From an uncultured Clostridia bacterium (lineage in GTDB: Bacteria > Bacillota > Clostridia > Oscillospirales > Acutalibacteraceae), in contig CALDPI010000235.1 in NCBI GenBank assembly GCA_937912045.1, positions 1 to 62,571 of the forward strand: DNA of 62,571 nucleotides, in the 5' to 3' direction. The notes under the pieces are model-generated. The model saw only the letters and a program-made list of their open reading frames with translations, was not told where the DNA came from and searched no databases. Position numbers and translations under genes: made by a program. Shown piece after piece: positions 9,600-18,168 of this stretch. Positions within the stretch are counted from its first letter, which is position 1, and every line of letters begins with the position of its first letter.

Positions 9600-10337
9600 T
9601 TAAAGCCTCTTAAAATTATCGTATATGAACTCTGCCATTATTTTTGCCGCCTTTGGCATTGGGTGGCAGGCATCGCCGTGGCCGAAAAGCCAATCACCGT
9701 GGCCATAGTTGTCTGCCTGCGGGTCGTAGTGCTTTGTCCACAAATCGTAGGTATCTATCATCGGCAGGTCTTTTTCCTTTACTATCTCATACGTACGATA
9801 AACGTATTCTCTTATGCTGTCGCCGTTGGTGGTGGCGGTCAGGACAATGATTTCCGCCTGCGGCTCTGCCTTTGCCAGCTTATCAAGCATATCGCTATAC
9901 TGCACCTTAAACACGTCGTTTGTGACGTATTTTTTTGGGTCGGGCATCAGTGCATCGTTAATGCCAAACATTGTGAAGATAAAATCAGAGCGTGTGCCAC
10001 AGGGCAAAATGCCTGTATAATCGGAAAAACGGTTCATTGCGCGGACAATTGTGTTTCCGCCCACGCCCGAGCGCAGCACGTTTATTCTGCCCTTGTCGCC
10101 GTCCTGCACCAAAATTTCCTCATAGCCGTCAAGCGGCTCGAGTTCACTCACCACTCTGCCGTCATAACGAACAACCTTTGTATCCTTAAAATCGGCCGCC
10201 AACAAGTCTGTTACGTATGCAACAAAGGTTTCGTCCTTTGTGCTGTGACGCGTTGTACCCTGTGTGATGCTGTCACCCACGAAGGTCAGGGTGACGGTCT
10301 CTCCGTTTGCAATTTTTTCTTTTATTTTATTTATCAT
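9600..10337 (-). CDS. SGNH/GDSL hydrolase
   Basis: Block I is FVGDSITQG, followed by GVGGN, then GINDA, with a C-terminal DACHP. Confidence 0.85.
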   Translation of the reverse strand: MINKIKEKIANGETVTLTFVGDSITQGTTRHSTKDETFVAYVTDLLAADFKDTKVVRYDGRVVSELEPLDGYEEILVQDGDKGRINVLRSGVGGNTIVRAMNRFSDYTGILPCGTRSDFIFTMFGINDALMPDPKKYVTNDVFKVQYSDMLDKLAKAEPQAEIIVLTATTNGDSIREYVYRTYEIVKEKDLPMIDTYDLWTKHYDPQADNYGHGDWLFGHGDACHPMPKAAKIMAEFIYDNFKRL

Positions 10338-10339
10338 CG

Positions 10340-11548
10340 TTATCTCTCCTTATATCCCGTTGTAACTACGCATTCCTTTTCGCCGCAGGTAAATATTACC
10401 TCTATATAATACCCTGTCGCGTCGGTCGGTAGGCTGCCGTTTATAAGCCCGTCCTCACAGCAAAGTGGCAGCGTGTTCCAATCCTGCTTCATAAACGACA
10501 TTTTGTTGCCGTATTTTTCGCGCTCTTCATACTCCATTGGCGAGGTTATGTAATAAAGCGTGGCGCTTTTAAGTGTGGCGCCGTCGCATTTTATTAAAAC
10601 GTTATCTCCCTTGCCTTCTTCCAAAAGCCTTGGCATTTGCGGCGCACCCTTGCAGACGCTGTCGGCAAAGAGCAGGGGCTCCTCCCTACACCAGCCGCAC
10701 GCGTGGCTATGATTCATTTCATTTACAATTGCAATTCGCGTTTGAGCGTTGTTTTTTACCGTGTGATAATATGAAAGCGAATTCGACTGCACAGAAAATG
10801 GGCTGTCATCATTCCAGGCAAGCCACAAGACAGGCATCTCTACATCGCAGAAATTGTTTTCTGCACGCCATTTTTCTGATTCGCCCCTTTTAAAGCTCGG
10901 GCAGATTGTGCCAAGGCCATCCTTAAGGTAACCGCTGCCATATATGGGAACGGCAAAGGCAAAGCGATTATCAAAGCCAATAGTCAGCGAGGTGACAACG
11001 CCGCCCCACGAAATGCCGACAATGCCGATTTTATTTTGGTCAATCTGTTCTTCGCCACGCATAAAGGTGTTTGCCTTTATTGCGGCCGAAACCGCGTGGT
11101 AAATCCACTGTTCGTAAAGCGACTTAGCATCGATATTCATATAATCATTATCGGGGGACGGGACAAAGCCCTCCTCTGAAAAGGGTGAAATGAGCTTTCT
11201 CTCCCAAAGGACGTTATCATCAAAATGCTCGCGGTAGCCTGCATTTCTTGTGTTCGGCATAAAGCCTGTATAATCAAGTGCGATTGCAGCATATCCGCGG
11301 TCGTTCCACTGCTTTACCCAGCAACAAAACGCGTGACCGCCGCCACCGTGCACAAGCACGACGGCAGGCACCTTTTTACCGCTGCTTTTTGGAAGTCCGT
11401 AATAGCCGAAAAGCTTGGTGCGCTTGCCCAAAAGTTCCTCCCCCTCTATCGTAAGGGCACGGATATTACCCATATCCTCAGGGTCGAATTCGGGATAAAA
11501 TTTTACGTTTGGTTTTACTGCTTTAATTTTACTGAAAAGCTCTTTCAT
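10340..11548 (-). CDS. Alpha/beta hydrolase (acetyl-esterase-like)
   Basis: I trimmed the start to the ATG at 11548 (MKELFSK), which lies 1 nt after the upstream stop. Contains VLVHGGGGH and GIVGISWGG. Confidence 0.78.
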   Translation of the reverse strand: MKELFSKIKAVKPNVKFYPEFDPEDMGNIRALTIEGEELLGKRTKLFGYYGLPKSSGKKVPAVVLVHGGGGHAFCCWVKQWNDRGYAAIALDYTGFMPNTRNAGYREHFDDNVLWERKLISPFSEEGFVPSPDNDYMNIDAKSLYEQWIYHAVSAAIKANTFMRGEEQIDQNKIGIVGISWGGVVTSLTIGFDNRFAFAVPIYGSGYLKDGLGTICPSFKRGESEKWRAENNFCDVEMPVLWLAWNDDSPFSVQSNSLSYYHTVKNNAQTRIAIVNEMNHSHACGWCREEPLLFADSVCKGAPQMPRLLEEGKGDNVLIKCDGATLKSATLYYITSPMEYEEREKYGNKMSFMKQDWNTLPLCCEDGLINGSLPTDATGYYIEVIFTCGEKECVVTTGYKER

Positions 11549-11549
11549 T

Positions 11550-13736
11550 TTAAGCCTCCAAGACCAGATGTGTTTTTCCGCTTTTAAGAACGCTGCCGTC
11601 ATAGGTCACCGTCACACCCGCGGGCGCGGCAATATCTAAATATATTTTGCCATTCTTGCGTTCCCACTGTACCGATATTTTGCCCGACACAGTATCGCAT
11701 TCGCCCCTCGCAAAGTCAAGCCCTTTAAAAAAGCAAGGCTTGATTTCGGCAGATTTAAAGCCCGGCTCGGTGCAGTTTATGCCCAGCACCGTTTTGACAA
11801 GCCAGGACATAAAATCAGAATACATATGGTGGTTTTTAGAGTCGATATGCTTATAGTGTGGCCAGTATTCCCAAAGGGTTGTGGCACCGTTTTCAAGCCA
11901 CTCACGATAGGATGGAATACCCGATGCCGTCAATATTTTATAAGCATATTCCGATAGTCCCACCATATTAAGTACGTGCAGAATGCGGCGCATACCAACC
12001 ATTCCGCAATCGTGGTGGAAATTATGCTTTTCTATCAGTGCCATAAGCTGTTTTTTAAGCGGTGCCACGTCATCATAGGCACCGTAATAAATGAGCATTG
12101 CGACCGAGGTTTGTCGGTCTGATTTACATTTTCCGTTTTCGTCAATATAAGTCTTTTTTACAAGCAGCTTTTGGGCTTCTGCCGCCTTTTTATGCTCTTC
12201 ACCGTCCAAGCCCGACAGCTCTGAAGCGAGTGCCGCTATGCGATGAAACTCTGAAACGAGCAGAGCATTTATAAGTTCTATCGGAACAACGTTTATATCC
12301 TCCGGCGTTTCAAACTGCGGTCTTGCCCAATCGTCCAGACCGAAGCGGATAAAACCGTCCTTATCGGTGCGGGTGGAAAGATATTTAAAATAGCGTTCAA
12401 AAAAGGGAAGCGAATCCATAAGCGGTTTCGCATCACCCGTATGAAGATAAATTCTGTACGGAATTTCAAACAAAACACCGTCCGACACAGGTCCGTTTCC
12501 CCACTTGTATCCCCATCCTGCTGTGGGAATTATTCCCGGCATTTCGCCGTCGTCATGCACCGTATCGTGAATGTCCTGCAACCATTTTTTGAAGAATTTT
12601 TCGGCTCTCCAGTTGCACATTATCTGCTCTGCCGAGCTTTGTGCGTCGTTGGTCCAGCCCAGTTTTTCTCTCGTCGGGCAATCGGTCAGGCTATAAAACA
12701 TATTGGAATAAACCGAATATTTGCCTGCTCTCCACAGCTTATTCAAAAACTCATCCGAACACTCAAACTCGGTGCGAATGGGCACGTCCTGATGGACAAA
12801 AACGCCATAAACCTCTGCCTCTGTCTCGCTCTTTAGTCCGTCAATTTCTATAAAACGGAAGCCGTGATAGCAAAAGTGCGGCGACCAGGTTATCTCCCTG
12901 CCTGAGCAGATAAATTTGTCGGTCTGGAACTCGGTTTTCGGATAATGGCGCGCCATATCATTAAGCTCGAGCGAAAAGTCGTCCTTGACCTGCTCTGCAT
13001 ATTTTATGGTAAGCTGCTGTCCGCTTTCGCCCTTTATTTTAAGCCTTATATAGCCCGATATATTCTGTCCGATATCAAAGACGTATTTTTCTTCACCCGT
13101 TTTGGCAACTACCCTGCCCTTATAAACCTCACACTCTCTGATAGGCTCACAAGTGCACTCGCGGAATATGCCGAGCGGCTGAGAATCGGTCACAGCACGC
13201 TTCCATCCACTATCGTCAAAGTTTAAATCCTTCCAATCATCCAAGGCCTTGCGCGCATCAAAAAATTCGCCGCTCCTGAGCGCGTTGAACCGCACAGGTC
13301 CATCGACCGTGTAAACCCAGGTATCATCGGAGGTGAGGACGGTTTCGCCGTCAATATCAAGCCTTAATATAAACTTCGGCACATCGCGCCAAGGCGCCTT
13401 ATCAAAATCCCACGAGGACGGCATATCCTCGTTATACCAACCGTTTCCGCACCATACGGCAAAAACATTTTCACCCTCTTTTAACAGGTCTGTCACGTCA
13501 TACGTGTTATACCAAAGTGTCTTTTTATAATCGCTGACGGGCGCGGTGAATTTATCCTCTGTTACCGCTTTCCCGTTTATGTAATAATATCCATAGCCGA
13601 GTCCGCAAACGCAAAGTCTTGCAGAGCCGACTTTAGAAACCGTAAATATTTTTCTGAACATCGGCGCAAGATTTTCACCTGTAAACTGTGGTGATAATTT
13701 CTCTTTTGGTTTAATAAATGCGATATTTTCAAACAT
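11550..13736 (-). CDS. Alpha-L-rhamnosidase (GH78-like)
   Basis: Start trimmed to MFENIAF (GGGAGA SD). The N-domain pattern ARLCVCGLGYGYYYINGKAV...YNTYDVTDLLKEGENVFAVWCGNGWY is classic GH78. A six-hairpin region follows. Confidence 0.85.
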   Translation of the reverse strand: MFENIAFIKPKEKLSPQFTGENLAPMFRKIFTVSKVGSARLCVCGLGYGYYYINGKAVTEDKFTAPVSDYKKTLWYNTYDVTDLLKEGENVFAVWCGNGWYNEDMPSSWDFDKAPWRDVPKFILRLDIDGETVLTSDDTWVYTVDGPVRFNALRSGEFFDARKALDDWKDLNFDDSGWKRAVTDSQPLGIFRECTCEPIRECEVYKGRVVAKTGEEKYVFDIGQNISGYIRLKIKGESGQQLTIKYAEQVKDDFSLELNDMARHYPKTEFQTDKFICSGREITWSPHFCYHGFRFIEIDGLKSETEAEVYGVFVHQDVPIRTEFECSDEFLNKLWRAGKYSVYSNMFYSLTDCPTREKLGWTNDAQSSAEQIMCNWRAEKFFKKWLQDIHDTVHDDGEMPGIIPTAGWGYKWGNGPVSDGVLFEIPYRIYLHTGDAKPLMDSLPFFERYFKYLSTRTDKDGFIRFGLDDWARPQFETPEDINVVPIELINALLVSEFHRIAALASELSGLDGEEHKKAAEAQKLLVKKTYIDENGKCKSDRQTSVAMLIYYGAYDDVAPLKKQLMALIEKHNFHHDCGMVGMRRILHVLNMVGLSEYAYKILTASGIPSYREWLENGATTLWEYWPHYKHIDSKNHHMYSDFMSWLVKTVLGINCTEPGFKSAEIKPCFFKGLDFARGECDTVSGKISVQWERKNGKIYLDIAAPAGVTVTYDGSVLKSGKTHLVLEA

Positions 13737-13752
13737 AGTGTCTCCCTGCAAC

Positions 13753-13788
13753 AATGCCCACACCGTCCAAAAGGGCAGTGTGGGCATT
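13753..13788 (-). other. Intercistronic 11-bp perfect hairpin between the two GH78-like genes
   Basis: aatgcccacac (13753-13763) pairs with gtgtgggcatt (13778-13788) around a 14-nt loop. There is no U-tract on the coding (minus) strand. Confidence 0.5.
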
Positions 13789-13792
13789 TGTT

Positions 13793-15733
13793 TTATTCAT
13801 AATATTTTGGTGTTTTATCCTCGTAATTCAAAACGTGATAATAATACACGGGCATTGCACTCCATCCGTGGCTTCGGCTTCCGCCGCCAGTTTTTATGCA
13901 GTAATCGTGGTCATATTCCCAGAAGGACGTTGCGCCTGCATCGAGCATCTTTTTATACTCTGTGCGGATATTTTCAAGGATATATTCCTTATATTCCGCT
14001 CCGCAGGTTTTAATAAGCGCATCATACTTGAAGCCAATCATACTAAGACTGATTTCTGTAAATCCGCTATCCTTGCTTGCAAGCTTACGTGCGAGCGCTA
14101 CCGCCTCTTCACCGCTTATCGCACCACAAAGAATTGCGAGAGAGTTCACAAGGTCACTTGCTCTGTTATCAATACTGCTGTTCACAAAAACCTTACGCTC
14201 TTTATCATAAAACTTATCATAAACGGCGGTCTTTATTTCCTCTGCAAGCAGGTCGTAATTATCCGTTCTGCCAAGCATTGCACCCATTTTGTGCATAAGG
14301 CGCAGCGCAATTACAAGCAGACAGTTCATTGCGGTGTCAAACTTATCGTCGTCCGGCTTTAAAAGCTTGCCTTCAAGGCCGTCACGCCATTCGTAGAAGT
14401 TCCACTGGTACTTATCCTGAAACGCGCGGATAAGATTGCCCTCGAGTCGCCCCAAAAATACGTTCAGTATTGAAACGAGCTTTGCATAGGTCTGTTCTAT
14501 GAGGGTTACGTCCTTTGACTGAACGGTGTACTCATAGGTCTGAATCATATAGAAAAGCGAAAAGGTGGTGATTCCCAGCTTTGAGCCGTTAGGGCAGGTT
14601 ATGGTCAGAAGACCGTCCTCACGTCTGTCCTTGCTCATAAGCAGGAGGCCTGAACGTGGGAATGCATATTCCCCGAATGCATAATATCCGCAGAGCATCT
14701 GATTGCGGCTGTCGAGCGCGTAGAGCCCCTGCTCACGATAAGGGGTGTCTTCATAATGGTCGTGCGCACAGACCTGAAGCGTATGTGCACAGACGTCGTA
14801 AATGCGCTGGTCAAGCTCATTTTCGAGCGGGTATTCTTTTTTATTAAAGGTGTAATACGCAGGCAAAAGCGTAAGCTCCTCCACCTCTACCGCCTGCTCT
14901 GCCACTATGCCGAAATAGCGTGTGCCGCAACGCAAAAACGGGTTAAAAAACGTGTTCTTGCCCTTGCGGAGCTTAAACTCATAGCTATAATTTCGGTTGC
15001 AGCTTTTCTGATAAACAATGCGGTTATCGCGGAGATATTCATCAAATATGACGAGTATTGTCTGCTCCACGGGTGAATTGACCGAAAAGGTAAGATAGCC
15101 TGTTTCCTCACGACCAAGGTCGTATATATCGCCGTCAGCCCCCTGAATAACGGTGGTCTTTATGGGCGTTCTTCCAATGTCCATCTTCCTTATGGGACGG
15201 ATATACATCGGCAAATCCTGTCCGACAATTACGCTTTTTTCAAAGCCGTCTGCCTCGCCCGTTTTCCAGTCGTCCTCTTTTGTGAAATCATAGCTGTAGC
15301 TAAACGGAATCTGTCCTGTAAGGAAACGGCAATTCCCGTTTTTATAAGCGGGGCTGATGCGAGCGAGGGTGCCTTCATCCGACTGTGCGACAAGTTTTCC
15401 GTCAGTATAAACCTCATAACGAACGGCGGCATTTCCCGGGTAATAGCTGTAATGTTCAACTTTTCCGAAATACCACACCTCAACAGTGAGGGTGTTTTCA
15501 CCCTCCCTGCAAAACGGGGTTAAATCAAGCTCATCATACACCTTATACCAAGGAAAATCGGGGTACTGTCCTAAATCCACAAACTCGCCGTTAAGATATA
15601 CCACATAGGTAGAGTCGGCAGAAATCTGCAGTTTTGCTTCCTTTCCGTTAAAGGAGAATTTGTCCACAAACTGACAATATACGTCGCGTTCATACTCCGA
15701 ATTTTGCCAAATCCATTTTGACGTTGCCTGCAT
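13793..15733 (-). CDS. GH78-related six-hairpin glycosidase (rhamnosidase-like)
   Basis: The likely start is the ATG at 15733 (GAGAGG SD 8 nt upstream); the track start 15742 is a GTG. The N-domain WIWQNSEY...LQISADSTYVVYLNGEFV...EGENTLTVEVWYFG resembles the rhamnosidase N-domain. Confidence 0.7.
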   Translation of the reverse strand: MQATSKWIWQNSEYERDVYCQFVDKFSFNGKEAKLQISADSTYVVYLNGEFVDLGQYPDFPWYKVYDELDLTPFCREGENTLTVEVWYFGKVEHYSYYPGNAAVRYEVYTDGKLVAQSDEGTLARISPAYKNGNCRFLTGQIPFSYSYDFTKEDDWKTGEADGFEKSVIVGQDLPMYIRPIRKMDIGRTPIKTTVIQGADGDIYDLGREETGYLTFSVNSPVEQTILVIFDEYLRDNRIVYQKSCNRNYSYEFKLRKGKNTFFNPFLRCGTRYFGIVAEQAVEVEELTLLPAYYTFNKKEYPLENELDQRIYDVCAHTLQVCAHDHYEDTPYREQGLYALDSRNQMLCGYYAFGEYAFPRSGLLLMSKDRREDGLLTITCPNGSKLGITTFSLFYMIQTYEYTVQSKDVTLIEQTYAKLVSILNVFLGRLEGNLIRAFQDKYQWNFYEWRDGLEGKLLKPDDDKFDTAMNCLLVIALRLMHKMGAMLGRTDNYDLLAEEIKTAVYDKFYDKERKVFVNSSIDNRASDLVNSLAILCGAISGEEAVALARKLASKDSGFTEISLSMIGFKYDALIKTCGAEYKEYILENIRTEYKKMLDAGATSFWEYDHDYCIKTGGGSRSHGWSAMPVYYYHVLNYEDKTPKYYE

Positions 15734-15746
15734 AAATTGCACCTCT

Positions 15747-17048
15747 CTATTTTATGAGTGTTTTTACACCTTTCTTAACCTTAAGACCGCACTTTTTTTC
15801 TGCCTTTGCTACAGTGGCATCATAATCGCTCTTGCCAAGGGCTTCGTTTGCTTTTTGGGTAAAACTGCTGTCACCCTCGCCTGTGTATCTTACTAAATAC
15901 AGGTTTATTGTATCCTCAACAACGTCCCAGTCGCCCACAGCACGCTTATTGGAATAAACCCAGGCGCGCAGCTTTTCGGATGCCGTTTCTTTAAATACGG
16001 TTGTGGATACGGCACCGCTTAAGGTTTTAAAGTTTGCCTCGGTATTTTCCATGCCTTGCCACTTTGAATATACGGTCTGCATTTTTTCAACCGTAGCATA
16101 CGGGTCTGAGCCCAAGGGCATTGTTACCATCTGCACCTTGCGCGTTTTATAATCAAGCTTATATGGTGCTTTCTCAAGATAGTAAACGGAAAACTGGCCT
16201 GTTCCCTCGAAGATTACAGAGTCGCCGTCCTTGCGTTCTTTATTAAATGCCCAGGCACCAAACTGCGTTCTTTCTTCAAAGGCATATTCCGAAACGGTAT
16301 AATCTGCCAAGGTCTTATCCGAGGATATGGACGATAAATAGTCTGTTGCCGCCTTGTCAAAGCCGAGCGTTTCAATGCGGTTAACCAAGCGCTGTGCCGC
16401 TGATTTTGCTGCGTTATATGCGGCAGTTTTACCCTCCTCGGTTCCGTCCAGTTTTACAGAAATTTCCATATATTTATAATCGACACAGTCAAATTCTTCT
16501 CTGTGGCCGTTATAATATTTTTCATATTCGTCCGCGCCATAGGAAAGCGAGGCATAAAACTTTTCTTTAAACTTTTCAGCCAGCGCCTTTGTCTTCATTG
16601 CATACAGCACGTTTTCGGTGCCGTATTTTTCATAAGCTTTTGCAGACTTTTTAAGTGCCGCCTCTTCCTCGTCGGTTAAGACAATGCCTGCTTCCTTTGC
16701 TGCCTCACAGGCGGCAAGAGTTGTCTTCATATCCGTGATAACGCGGTCATAAAAATATGAAAACCAGCTTTCGCCATAGGGACTTTTTTGCCACTTTAGT
16801 GACTTATCCGCCGAAAGACCGGTGTTTTTTATGTAATCTGCGCCGTAAAGCTCGGTATGCTCGTTTACGTAGTCCTCCATCTCTCCCTTTATGAGATAAG
16901 ACATCATAGCGCCATTAATTTTATAATTATCGGTTGATATTACGGTGATGTTGTTCCCCACGACCGAACGCAAAATTAAAAACCACACCGACAAAAGCAC
17001 AACAAGTATTGCAAGCGCAAACGCGGTAATGCGAAGAGCTTTTTTCAT
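15747..17048 (-). CDS. Membrane-anchored protein, SurA_N/PrsA-like chaperone region, no clear PPIase motif
   Basis: ATG at 17048, 7 nt after GGAGA. One N-terminal TM. The segment ITVISTDNYKINGAMMSYL resembles SurA N-terminal-like proteins. The functional call is tentative. Confidence 0.45.
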   Translation of the reverse strand: MKKALRITAFALAILVVLLSVWFLILRSVVGNNITVISTDNYKINGAMMSYLIKGEMEDYVNEHTELYGADYIKNTGLSADKSLKWQKSPYGESWFSYFYDRVITDMKTTLAACEAAKEAGIVLTDEEEAALKKSAKAYEKYGTENVLYAMKTKALAEKFKEKFYASLSYGADEYEKYYNGHREEFDCVDYKYMEISVKLDGTEEGKTAAYNAAKSAAQRLVNRIETLGFDKAATDYLSSISSDKTLADYTVSEYAFEERTQFGAWAFNKERKDGDSVIFEGTGQFSVYYLEKAPYKLDYKTRKVQMVTMPLGSDPYATVEKMQTVYSKWQGMENTEANFKTLSGAVSTTVFKETASEKLRAWVYSNKRAVGDWDVVEDTINLYLVRYTGEGDSSFTQKANEALGKSDYDATVAKAEKKCGLKVKKGVKTLIK

Positions 17049-17078
17049 ACCCAAATCTCCTTTATTTTTACTACTTTA

Positions 17079-17107
17079 ATTTTACATTCTGCAGCATATA
17101 ATTTCAA
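17079..17107 (-). promoter_or_regulatory. Sigma-A type promoter
   Basis: Minus strand: TTGAAA (17107-17102), 17-nt spacer, TAAAAT (17084-17079). Confidence 0.55.
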
Positions 17108-17146
17108 TACAGAAAGTGATATTTATTATGCTATTTTTCGCTATTT

Positions 17147-17179
17147 TAAAAAAGGTTTAGGCGGGCTGCGCCTAAACCT
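17147..17179 (-). terminator. Rho-independent terminator
   Basis: Minus strand has aggtttaggc..gcctaaacct (10-bp stem) followed by TTTTTT. Confidence 0.75.
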
Positions 17180-17187
17180 CTTTTAAT

Positions 17188-18168
17188 TTATGAAAACTCG
17201 GAATATCTTGCTTTGATTTTTTCTTCTGTTTTATTCTCAGGATACTTTGCATCGGCTGAGAGGAAGAGCTTGAAGTCCTTAAAGTCAATCTTTCCGCCGC
17301 GGTTGAACACAGCAAATCCGAGCTTTGTTCCCTCGGGAACGGCGTACATATCGGCGTAACTGTTCCAATCGCCGACGGATGCGTTGTTCTTTTCCATTAT
17401 GAACTTACGCTTGCCTGCCTTGTTCTGTGTTATGATACCGAAACGGGAATTACCCTTTTCTAACACCTTTGAACTGAAGCAAACGTCATACACGCCGGGC
17501 TTTTCAACCGGCAACCAGGCGATGTAATAATATCCGAGGCCCTTGCCCTCATAGTGGAGAACATCGTCGGAGAACGCCACAAAGTCGCATCTCTCAACAA
17601 ATGGCTCTGACCACTTTTTGAAATCCGCAATAATGTTCTTTTCGGGCTCGCAGGTGTTGGCGTCCTCAACCCAGTTGACAGAAAACGCCTCTGTTTTGCT
17701 GGAAACAGGAATGGCATCTGCCATTTTGAACACGCGAACATCGGAAAGCACAACCTCGCCCTCGGTGCCGTGGGTCCAGAATGCCATTTTTTCATTACTG
17801 CCCGAGGAGAAAGCGTAAACGCGTGTGTATTCACTTCCGTCCTGACCTCTGATTGTCAGCTCCTGGTCGGTGCCGCCGCGGAAAACAAAGAACGAAAGCT
17901 CGTACTTTTGGAAGTGGTTTTCAAGCGGAAGACCCTCACTGTCGCAAATGCCGAACTGGAAATTTGTCCAATCGGGCAGGACAACCCTTCCCGTAACTGT
18001 GAGGAAATAAAGTGTATCAGGTTCGGTTTCGAAGCAGGTCTTTGACACAAGCGTGTCACCCTTGTAGGTTTTTTCGCCCGCTAATCTTAAAATGCATTTA
18101 TCGTCTTTACAGGTCAGGCTGTGGTACTGTGTGCGTCTGCCTGCTGCGGTTTTAGAAAATTCTGTCAT
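17188..18168 (-). CDS. Hypothetical cytoplasmic protein, two beta-sandwich (CBM-like) halves
   Basis: 326 aa with no signal peptide. The start overlaps the upstream stop (TAATG at 18166-18170). I recognise no family. Confidence 0.7.
   Translation of the reverse strand: MTEFSKTAAGRRTQYHSLTCKDDKCILRLAGEKTYKGDTLVSKTCFETEPDTLYFLTVTGRVVLPDWTNFQFGICDSEGLPLENHFQKYELSFFVFRGGTDQELTIRGQDGSEYTRVYAFSSGSNEKMAFWTHGTEGEVVLSDVRVFKMADAIPVSSKTEAFSVNWVEDANTCEPEKNIIADFKKWSEPFVERCDFVAFSDDVLHYEGKGLGYYYIAWLPVEKPGVYDVCFSSKVLEKGNSRFGIITQNKAGKRKFIMEKNNASVGDWNSYADMYAVPEGTKLGFAVFNRGGKIDFKDFKLFLSADAKYPENKTEEKIKARYSEFS

Noticed and set aside
9258-10409. 383-aa plus-strand ORF, with similar long antisense ORFs at 52298..53335, 28070..28894, 25334..26095, 49809..50426, 13754..14362 and 5911..6447
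   Set aside because: Each lies entirely antisense to a gene with clear family motifs. Their translations are Cys/Arg/His-rich and low-complexity with no SD. They are typical shadow ORFs of moderately GC-rich coding DNA.
11549-11602. Upstream extensions of track ORFs (10340..11602, 11550..13787, 18168..19541, 43581.., 49791.., 55627.., 3110..)
   Set aside because: In each case an internal ATG with a proper SD gives a start that abuts the upstream stop. The extension would overlap the preceding gene or lacks an SD.
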